Positions 53,743 through 64,000 of a stretch of 64,000 bases of DNA are shown here, one piece after another. Position 1 is the stretch's first letter, and each line of letters begins with the position of its first letter. The translations under genes and the position numbers were made by a program. Source of the DNA: Tubiluchus corallicola. Lineage: Eukaryota; Animalia; Priapulida. The notes beneath the pieces were generated by a model that worked only from the letters and a program-made list of their open reading frames with translations, did not search any database and had not been told where the DNA came from. Where the stretch lies: the NCBI GenBank assembly GCA_030141605.1, contig JAQGDQ010000060.1, positions 310,001 to 374,000 on the forward strand, written 5' to 3'.

Positions 53743-54186
53743 ACCAGAACAGAAAATGTATCCCTCCGCTATGGCATGAACTCAAAAACACTGAGTATGA
53801 AAGCAACAAACTCTATAATATCTTAATTACTAATCTATATCAAGTAGTTACTCGATTTATTAACTAAACCAATTTAATCATGAACCCGTAACTCTAACAA
53901 ACCCTAAAAACCCTCAGGTTTCTTCAAGACGCAGTTCAGTTCATCAAATGGTAATGTTATCACATTACAAGCCAGCTCTGTGTGTGTAAAATTGCAGAAA
54001 GAGAGAAGTTACTATGTCTATTTATAAATTATAGCCAAAGGTAACATCTTACAGAATGAAATATTGTGCCATCAGAGTAATTTTGAGCATTTCATTTAGC
54101 AGAGTGTTTTTCACATATTTGATACACTCCCACGTAGCGGTTATATAAAATCGTCATATTTCACGCCAGGTTGCTGAACTTTTATC

Positions 54187-54657
54187 TGTTGTTGTGGTTG
54201 TTGCTGCTGTTGCTGTTGTTTTTGCTGTTATTAATATTGTGTTGTTGTTGTTGTTGTTGCTGCCACTATTATTGTTGTTGCTGCTGCTACTGTTGCTGTT
54301 GTTTTTGCTGTTGTTGTTGTTATTGCTATTGCTGCTGCTGTTGTTGTTGTTGTTGTTGTTGCTGTTTCTGCTGTTGTTATTGCTACTGCTGCTGTTGTTG
54401 TCGTTGTTGCTACTGTTGCTGTTGTTGTCGTTGTTGCTGCTGCTGTTGCGTTGTTGCTGCCGCTGTTGTCGTTGTTGCTGCTGTTGCTGGTGCTATTGCT
54501 GCTGTTGTTGTCGTTGTTGCTGCTGTTGCTGGTGCCATTGCTGCTGTTGTTGTCGTTGTTGCTGCTGCTGCTGTTGTTTCTGTTGCTGCTGCCGCTGTTG
54601 TCGTTGTTGCTGGTGCCATTGCTGCTGTTGTTGTTGATGATGGTTGTTGTTGTTGTT
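54187..54657. repeat. Compound (TGT/TGC)n trinucleotide repeat
   Basis: About 470 bp of gtt/gct triplets; explains the poly-C/L/T/Q ORFs here. Confidence 0.95.
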
Positions 54658-55194
54658 AATGTCACTGACAATACTAGTGCTTAGGATACAGATTGTTATT
54701 ATTGTTGTCATTACCACTTCACACAAACAAACACTGTCCTTTCTTAATTTAATATGAAACTAGAAAAAAATTATAGCAATTAAGCTAGCAACACATTTTG
54801 ACTTACTTGGCAATTTTCTAATCTTAACAATTTAGCACTTTTCTTTGCAAATTTCTACTCACCTATAAAAATACGTAGCAGCTGAGATTTTACAGATGCG
54901 CAGGGTCCCGTCCTCCATCTGTCAACTACGGTGTAAACTTGTCACACTCACGTGTACTGCCTGTAAAAAGGACAAAAACGTCAGCGTCAAATCACTGATG
55001 GTGAAAGTCATTGTAAATCGATACGAAGCGGCAATAAACATTGGATTTACAGCCTCACATTTTCTGCTCAAGATGTCATAAAGGTGCAAATGTGTCTGAC
55101 ATGAATCACTCGTCCTAGAGGCGCTCGAAATGACGGAGAAAATGAATTACTAGTGCACATAAAGATGATAATTTCTAGGAAATGTCTAAGTTAA

Positions 55195-56067
55195 AGGAGA
55201 ACAGGATGATTTTTCATATCCTAAGCCATTTTGAAGTACGGTAAAAGGCATACATTTTAAGACCTATAATAATGTTAAACCGTTTCTAGTAATTAAATAA
55301 TAGGTTAAAAACTTAATTAATGGTAGGCGAGCCAAACTAGATTTGGCATTGCTGAACATGGGCTGCTATACACTGTGACTTCTCAGCTATACTCCTTGCC
55401 CAGAGTATTGATTTTGCAAATTGCATACGAATAAGCCTTTTCACAGTTTCGTTGTTTGCAAAGGTCAAAGGTTAAGTCGACCACAGCAACTACAACCGTC
55501 ACATGACATGCGGGTAAAGCAAGCCATCTGTCGCTCAGTTCAGTAACGTCAGTTGTTTTACATGAACTTTACTTAAAGCAAAACCGGACCCAATCTTAAA
55601 CTGTAGGTTAAAACAATCTGCCCTTAAGAAATATTGAAAGAGAACCTGCATTTCGGAAACGCATTACACAAAACAGGTACTGTACCTCTCAGTTCAGATG
55701 TGTTAGTTTCTGACGAACCACACACGTTTGACAGCGCATGCGTGAGCACAGCGATAAACTTGAAATTTGAATTTTTATCTTAAAACTTGCCTAGTTTTTA
55801 GTACAACACACTGAATATCTTACAGTAGCACTGTACTTCAATTTTCGCTTTCACTAACACGTGCAACACGCCCGTAGAATATTTTTGCTGCTGAAAATAA
55901 TGTTAGTTTGTGATGTCATCAATAGTTGGGCTTGCCTGACATCAATTAAATTTTTAATCTAATATTTAATTATCAGAAACGCCTTTGCAGTATTAATTGT
56001 GTTAAAATGTATACTCTTTATCGGGCTTAAAAATGGGGTAGTATGTGAAAAATCATCTTGTCTTCTT
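55195..56067. mobile_element. Complete TTAA-flanked non-autonomous DNA transposon (Kolobok-like termini) with long imperfect TIRs
   Basis: TTAA-aggagaacaggatgatttttcatatcc ... gtatgtgaaaaatcatcttgtcttctt-TTAA; the inverted similarity extends about 150 bp inward. Confidence 0.75.
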
Positions 56068-57704
56068 TTAATTATGCATTAATCTGTGCGTAGAGTGATT
56101 TATTAACAATATCTTGCTTGGGAACAAGAAAAATGAACTAGTCAAGATTCTAGGTAGCTGTTAAAACTGTTGCTATTAAAACAGTATGGGCTGAGAGGCA
56201 TTGTCAAGTGTACACAAATGCGTTGTCTGGTACACTTAACCCTTTGACGTTTCAGGATCATCATCAATCGCTGAAATTGTAAAAATGCTTATTCACAACC
56301 AACACCAAATATCTTCACCCCCCCCAAGATCTGAAGTTGTGAAAGTCCAACCAAGAAGTAATTAATAAGGAATTCAATACATCATTACAGGCTTACAGAA
56401 TGCAAACAGATGAACAATAGCGTGTGTTTTTAATTTCGCTTTCAATGATTTTCCATTGCCCGCACAAAACCTTGTCAACCCGACGACACGAACTCGATGC
56501 ATTTTCCAAAAGAAGTCTGATAACACGAGGCGCACCAACTGGAACAAATCCCATCAAACTGCGAGAATTCGTAAAAATAATCGATTGCGTTTCTCCGTCA
56601 TTTGGCCAGCAAGCTTTTCGCGTGCGTAAAACAAGTTTTATTATTGCAAGGCACTGCATGTCTGCAATAGGGGCAGAATTAGGGGGTGGAAAGAACGTCT
56701 ATAACATACACCATGATCTGATTTAAAACAACAAAGGCGGAAATCATGGTGATTTCCCCTGAGATCATTTTATCAGTCAAAACTTTTACACAAACTACTA
56801 GTTCTTGCAGATGCTAGAAGTACATCCCTGGTTTTAATCTGCCACCCCTTTTAAACTTAGATATGCCCTTTAGTCTAATCGCTGCAGTGGAAAAATCCAG
56901 AAACAAAAACTTAAGTAAAAAAAACGATGTCGCATCATTGTGCATTGTCCAGATATGGGTTAGCAGAGTATGTTCAAAAATCTCTCTTACTATAACAAAT
57001 ATGGTCTGTTTGTCTGTCTGTCTATTCATCTAGCCTAGATTTCCCTTCATAGACATAGACATTTTTATTTATCTCCTCATTTACACCAGAATACAAGTAG
57101 AATATTATTGTTATAGTTACTAATTAAAAAGGATAAATTATGCATAACGGAAAGAGTTAGGGGGTGCAGGAAAAGGGTAGCGAAAGACCAATTGGTCATC
57201 AAATCAGCTACCGTTAAACTTCACTTCTACCTAACCCTTCACTTCTACAATTACCTGTTTGAGCCAAGGGCCCATCCCATTACCATATAAATGAGCCAAG
57301 CAGTTATACAAACACTTACCCCGTAAAAACAGGAATCCCAGAATAATGTTGAATCATCATCACACGACGCCCGAACGTAAGAATTTAAAAACAAATTTTA
57401 AAGCAATAATTTCCACACCGAACTTTCTTATTTTTCCCAATTAAATTTTAAATAGATCTCGTAGTGTTTTATACAGAATTTTGCCAACAATGTTTCAGTT
57501 GTGTATGCAGCTGTAAATGCAAAGCCAGCAGCACGCAATGCACTGAATGCAATCCCTACACTCAATCTCAGCAGCTACAATGAGCTCATAAACATCAATA
57601 TTCATAGTAGCTGACTAACGTCAGGCCACGCATTGTGCTGCGGTAATTGCGCCATATCGATATCATGCCAATGCTGTGTTGCAAGGGAACGACTAATCAT
57701 TGTG

Positions 57705-58060
57705 AACAAAGCGTTCACACAGCGATCACATGTCTAGCTAGGTGACAACGGCAACGGCTATATTATTTAGCAAAGCGTTCGCCGGGATCACATGTCTTGC
57801 TAGGTGGCAACGGCAACGACTATACTATTTAGCAAAGCGTTCACACAGCGATCACATGTCTAGCTAGGTGGCAACGGCAACGACTATACTATTTAGCAAA
57901 GCGTTCGCTGGGATCACATGTCTAGCTAGGTGGCAACGGCAATGATTATGCCATTTAACAAAGCAGTCATAGCAATCACACGTCTAACTAGGTGGCAATG
58001 GCAACGATTATACAATTTAATAAAGCGTTCAGATGTCCGGTTAGGTGACAACGGCAACCT
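57705..58060. repeat. Tandem repeat of about 63 bp, 6 degenerate copies
   Basis: aaagcgttc...gatcacatgtctagctaggtggcaacggcaac at 62-64-bp spacing, with alternating variants. Confidence 0.85.
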
Positions 58061-58451
58061 CAAACAAAAAAGTACACTTCTAAACTCATATTCATGTTAC
58101 GCATTGTTAGCAATAAAACGAAGATGTCCACTATTGCAATGAAACCATCTTTATCATGTCTTCCACATAAAATTTCTCCCAAATAGAATGTACCTTCTTG
58201 CCGTCAGAAACAAAAGCATCTTACCATAAACGTTAAAAACTCTTTTCCTCAAAATGCTTAAAATACGAGCAGTAAAGCGAAGATTTCAGCTATTGCAATC
58301 AACTCATGTTCACATTAAGGTACTTAACGTAAAACTGAGGCAATCAGCACTTCCCATATATAACAGTTAATGGTCGAGTAACGAGCATTCTTGTCAATAT
58401 TGTCTGCCACTTTAACGGTTAACTGCCTCGTTTTATGCTTATTTCCATATT

Positions 58452-58481
58452 CGGAAGTTTCTAACTCGTTGCCATGACAAC
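58452..58481. promoter_or_regulatory. Near-consensus RFX X-box with an adjacent ETS-like site
   Basis: GTTGCCATGACAAC (58468-58481) is 13/14 to the palindrome GTTGCCATGGCAAC; CGGAAGT at 58452-58458. Confidence 0.55.
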
Positions 58482-58764
58482 GCAGACAAAACTAATGTAT
58501 ACCAAGGGCAAATCAAACATGATGAGTTGCAGCTAGGGCACCTTCTCATAAAGTATGCATTTTAAAGGTCTGTACAAGACAAATGATGCTACATGCACAA
58601 GTACATTGACTTTTTATGGATGGCTGCATACATATAATAACACATCAACCAGGTGAAGTGTGCTGATTCATGCGGTGGTTTACAACACCTTCATTATGTT
58701 TCACTTTGCAGCAAACGTTTCATGGATGTAAAATGCAAAGTAATGTTTAGAAATGCATTGTGTG

Positions 58765-59100
58765 GTATCGTATTGTACTGTAGAGTATTGTGTTGTATTA
58801 TATTGTATTGTATTGTATTGCACTGCATTGCACTGTACTGTACTGTAGAGTATTGTGTTGTATTGTATTGCATTGCATTGTATTGTGTTGTGTTGTACTG
58901 TAGTGCATTGTGTTATATTGTATTGTATTGTATTGTATTGTATTGTATTGTATTGTATTGTATTGTACTGTACTGTACTGTACTGTACTGTACTGTATTG
59001 TATTGTATTGTATTGTATTGTATTGTATTGTATTGTATTGTATTGTATTGTATTGTATTGTATTGTATTGTATTGTATTGTATTGTACTGTATTGTATTA
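58765..59100. repeat. (TATTG/TACTG)n pentanucleotide microsatellite
   Basis: Seen directly in the sequence. Confidence 0.95.
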
Positions 59101-61024
59101 TAATGTATAATACTACCATATTTAATAAACTGAAAATATAAAGAGACAATGAATTAAGGTGCCTTACTGATTCATACTGCCTGTATGAGTTTTAGTTTAA
59201 CAAAGGTAACAACTGAAAGAATGATCAGTCATTATTTGTGATCAGTGCCATCTGTTGTACAAATCTTAGATTACATGTCGGAAATGCAACAGATCCTCAG
59301 CCAACATCACCAAGAATAAAATTTATTAAAAGACATTTGCTAATCTCTCCGCATCGCATGTTTCAAGGCTGAAATGTATAGCTAAAACAACATATCAAAT
59401 AGTAAATAAACAGGAACGACATGACCTATACAATCTACTTGGAGAAGATCCTTGTGCTAAGATCAAGGAATAATCTTTTAACTTCATGTTTCAGAACAGT
59501 AGCCTTTGGAAAAGAAAGGCTGTCCACAACTATGGAACAGAACAGCTTACCAGAAGCAAGTACTTTCAAAGAATTTTTTGAAAAGGCTAAGTAAATGGGA
59601 TGGCGGAACATGTTTATGTAAATACTGTAGGCGCTAATCAAGTATCTATATATTAATTTCCGTGGTACGGGATATATTTATGTATATATGAGATTCGAAG
59701 CTACAGCTCCGACTACGGCACCATTTTTGGCAATCCACATGCCAAACGAAAGGTGTCGATCTAGTGTCATCTCAGTGGGGGTTTATTTTCGAATCGGGCC
59801 GACCGGGAGGAATGGGGCGGCACATGTTTTATTATTCTATGTGAAACCAGTGTTAATGTTTTATTAAAAATTTCAACATGAAATCAGCTTTTAGCCTATT
59901 ACTACTGTCTAGTCTGAGTAGTTTTAAATGCAGCTGTATTTTTGTTTGTATTTAACCATATATTTATGTAGAGAGGGAGATTTTTAACTTAATCATAGTG
60001 GATAAATTATAGTTCAGCTCGTGTTTTCATGCAAATAATCGACTGAAAATAAATTTTTACATACTTCAGAAGTGCAAGTCATTCACTTTCGCATGCCAAT
60101 CCCATTTTGATCGTATCTAAATATTGAAAATTATGCACATATTATTCTTATCAATAACTTTCGCCCATTTTCTCATTTTTGTGTTTTTGTAATTATTTCT
60201 TTCTTTAAATCATGTTTTTTCTGTGTTCATTTCTGTCATTTATTAAGTTAACATGGCACAAGCTTTCTCATAGTGTTGACTTGACGTGTCTTCATCTGGT
60301 GATGATTTATAACCTTTGTATGTTACATATTGTTCTGTATGTACATGAACACATTGACTTTGTATATAATAAACCTGATAATATAAAAAATTGCAGTAAA
60401 AAGCAAGCAAGCGGCATTTTGTTCGTTCTCACATTCAGCCAGTATCGTTCCCACAAATCAAACGAGTCTTGCACGACTAACAAGAAAATATCCACGACTG
60501 TCAAAGGCGGGTTTTTTATTACAAAAAGCGGCTAGATTTCACAGGTTAGTATTCCAAGAAGACGAAATGACACTACGCTGTGCGAATAATCAGAATTTGA
60601 TCATCGCTTCTGAACACTATGCTCATATATCACAATGATGCTTAACCAGATCCGACGAGAAAAATAGTAAAAGAGCTACGATCAGTTGGCGCTGTCTCGC
60701 AAAGAGATTATGACAAGGACAGTGAGAATAATTTGTCTTCTTCAAAGATGCAGGCTAACGTGTAATGGGGAGGAAAAATTCTCACAATAAACCCAAGATA
60801 ATTACTACATGAAGGAGATTAATGAGAAAAAGCTAATTACATTTGATGTGAGAGAACAGATTTAGGAGGTTTCATTAAAAAGAGATAAGAAAACAGATTA
60901 AGGGGAGATGATACAGAAGAAAATAGTATAACAACTACTGCTGGCACTGTTGGTGAGAATAATTTCTCTAAATCTGTATGTAAATATATATAGGTAAATA
61001 AATACTGTTTTGGCTGTTGTGGTA

Positions 61025-61480
61025 GCACTGCACCTTGCATCACATTGTCTTGTACTGCACTGTTGCCTTTTATTGTATTAAATTGTAGTTAAGTGTGTTG
61101 AAATGTTGTGTACTGTACTGCATTGTTCAGTATTGTACTGCACTGTACTGTACTGTGTATTGCACTGTACTCTATTGTACTATACTGTACTGCACTGTAT
61201 TGTACTGTATTGCACTGAACTGTACTGTACTGCACTGTTGCCTTTTATTGTATTAAATTGTAGTTAAGTGTATTGAAATGTTGTGTACTGTACTGCATTG
61301 AACAGTATTGTACTGCTCTGTAAGGGTATTTTACTGCACTGTACTGTACTGTATTGCACTGCATTCTATTGTACTATACTGTACTGCACTGTATTGTACT
61401 GCACTGCACTGCACTCTATTGTACTGTACTGTATTGCATTGTATTGTACTGCACTAAACTGTATTGTACTGAATTGTGCT
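61025..61480. repeat. Degenerate (TGTAC/TGCAC)n pentanucleotide array with an internal block duplication
   Basis: Seen directly; ctgttgccttttattgtattaaattgtagttaagtgt occurs twice. Confidence 0.9.
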
Positions 61481-62253
61481 GCATGATATGTAGCCCACTA
61501 TGATAAAGGTAGACAAGACTGGATGAATTGAGATCCAAATCCGCGAGGGTAACGCCATTATCGAAGATGTATCTGGCTATAACTGGTCGAGTGTGGTTAA
61601 CTCATGTCAACACTTGCAAGATTATTATGCTGAAACTTGACTAACCGGTGTGCACGATGCTTGTGATTAATTTGGAATTTCGTGACTGTTGTGTAGTACT
61701 GGAGTCATTTAATAACATTGTGACTTGAGGCAAAAAGGTGTTTGTACTAATTTTCACATTCTGGTTTCAGTTTCTTTTTTAAGCACTCTACTGTCCAAGG
61801 TGCTACCCTAGCTGCCTTCCGTACAAGTTTCGTGACTATAGTTACTACGAGTTACTGAGTGTTATACATTTTAGACCTAACGTCTAGACTTAGACATTTT
61901 GGGTCCTATCTCGGGCCCTGAAATAATCCCAGCTTTTTTGGGGTCGTGCTGTGGAAGTTTTGTAACTCTATCCGTCTGCACTTGCGAGCTAAAAGTGTAA
62001 AATTGGATGCCTAACATAGCTTGATGAAATACTGAACAAACAGAATCACAAGTTCTCTTACATCCATACGCTCTAGGCGCTGGGCAGATGAATTGCACGA
62101 CCAAATCAACTAAATCAGGTTTGACTGAATCAGAAATTCTGCAACGTGAGCCATACCAAGCAGAAGCTCAATACAATTTCAACAAATTTTATCACTTATT
62201 GCATTGTTTTCCGAGCCGAGAAACATTGCTAGAATGTTCAGCAATCTAATAAC

Positions 62254-62368
62254 AGATGAAGATGGTGATGATGGCGATTGCAACGATGACAACGACGATG
62301 ATGGTGATGACGATGATGATGGTGATGATGATGATGATAATGATGATGAGGATGAAGAGGAAGAGGAC
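62254..62368. repeat. (GAT)n trinucleotide repeat
   Basis: Seen directly in the sequence. Confidence 0.9.
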
Positions 62369-64000
62369 GTGGGAACAGGACGCTCTTCGTAAATAAAGCT
62401 TAATAAATTCTTGAAATTTTATATCATTTGCACCAGTTTGCGTGCTATCTTATTGTATACAGGGCTTACGTTAACAGCAACTATACATAAAACTTGTACT
62501 AAAATTTCGGTCCCGTGATGACCGTTAGGCACAGCCATTTTAACGGACAGTCGCTTGAAACAAGTTCAAATAGTACTGTGTAAAGTTTGAAAAAAATGAT
62601 CAGAGCACTCCTAGCACAAAGTTCACTAGCTAAGCAAATGTATAAATTACTGTATCTTGTTAAAAAGTTTAGCGTTCTTGGTGAGCCAGCGGTGTACACT
62701 GGGAAGGTGAATTAGTGACATCTTACCAGGTGGTGCGAACATTTTAAATGACTATAACTTTTCTTTTCTAGTTACGTAAGACTTTCAAGGAGGCAAGCCT
62801 AATGCTACGTAATATAACTTCGTGCGGAAAGCTTTTTGACGCATACTTTCAAATAACCCTTTCCTCACCTTTAAAATACAGTCAAGAGCTTCAGTAAACT
62901 TAAGAGTTTCAGTTTAGCAAACTAACAGCATTGAGCATGTCTTTTCAAAAACCCTCTCTCGACTAGAAACTAAACTCATTCCGAGGGAACAATGTTCACA
63001 AGAGACCGCAGGTTAATAACATGTGCGTCGTGTAGCAATCATGAAGATGCTGCTGCAACTGCATCCCCCTGGCCGCTGCATCAGCATCTAAATTAGGCTG
63101 TCAAATGAAGTTGATGCTATCTTATGTCAGTCTTTGAGCAACAGAACTAAAGGCCAATTAGTGCTATTGAATGCTGGCATTGTCCTGCGGTCTGAACGCT
63201 CTTACTAATGGTAAAACAGATAGAAGCTAGAACCTTTACAACCATCCCAGAAACACACGCAAAAAGCTCGCCAATGCTATAGAGTATTCATGGTCGAAAA
63301 ACTCAATTATAATGGCACATTTTATAAAATACGATCAGACTATAGAAAAGTGTAATTTAATTGAAAAAACACAATTTTATCAGGAAAGAAAAGTACATTA
63401 GTATGAAAAATGATATCAATAATAAACAATTACTTAATTATGTCTGCAAAAATAAGTATGTAGAAAAAGTGAAACTAACAAACGTTTTTCAGGATAAACT
63501 TGAAGCCAATTTTTACTGAAGAGAGAATAATTATCCCATAAAGTGCAAATGTTAGCAGAATATAATATTAGCAGAATCCCATATAATATAAATTGTTGCT
63601 ATGTTTTTTTATTTTTTTACTCTGCTTTAGCAAATTAATAAACCTTTTTTCTTTTACTATGAACAGCTCGAACTAATTTATATCATAATTCTTATCATGC
63701 GTTCTTTTTTTGTATTTTCTGTACCGTATAAGAGTATGAATAAGTGGTATAAATAAATGTTAGTTTAATTAAAATTGGAAACTATTAATTATTAGACTAT
63801 GTGAATTTTAAAATTATATTATGCGATTCGTTAACATACAAACGAAATTCACTGTATGAGAGATAAAAACAAAATAACTTACCATGAAATCAAAACATGA
63901 ACACTTTTAGCACTGTATGTAACAATAGTACAAGGGTAGCAAAGCATTACAGCAACGGGAGGACGTGACCTAACCATGGCACCACATCACCACATTCAGC

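Noticed and set aside
54171-54726. Cys-rich, poly-Q and poly-T ORFs (also the IVLYC ORFs at 58653-59149 and the poly-D ORF at 62204)
   Set aside because: Simple-sequence repeats open in most frames, with no unique coding flanks.
51721-54918. Continuous minus-strand protein MEDGTLRI... joined to MATEKP..., with WD40-like DGTLRI and VWNCATGE motifs
   Set aside because: The 54863 donor is phase 2, and the join reads into a stop six codons later (RFKHGN*). No long spliced ORF could be assembled.

Overview
AT-rich, repeat-dense eukaryotic DNA from an animal, most likely an invertebrate; nothing here looks prokaryotic. There are two clear protein-coding loci, both on the + strand. The first is an intronless 1906-aa WD40 plus helical-repeat protein of the WDR87/WDR97 type (5305-11025), preceded by RFX X-box-like motifs. 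The second is a class A (rhodopsin-like) GPCR with an unusual layout. Two intact, diverged tandem exons each encode the N-terminus through TM6/ECL3 (13666-14559 and 16443-17279) and end at the same phase-0 GTAAGT donor. The window holds only one TM7/helix-8 exon (18868-18994) and one phase-compatible C-tail exon (37197-37903). This looks like a variable-exon/constant-exon receptor, analogous to protocadherin or UGT1A loci. The two variants share an identical 151-bp TM2-TM3 tract but differ at the DRY-position residue (HKY vs HRY) and in ICL3. The right half has a chain of strong minus-strand splice-site pairs with no long ORF, a candidate lncRNA. The rest is mini- and microsatellites, MITEs (Tc1/mariner-pogo, hAT, TTAA-flanked), SINE fragments and LINE 3' relics. 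All family assignments come from motif recognition by eye, not from database searches.
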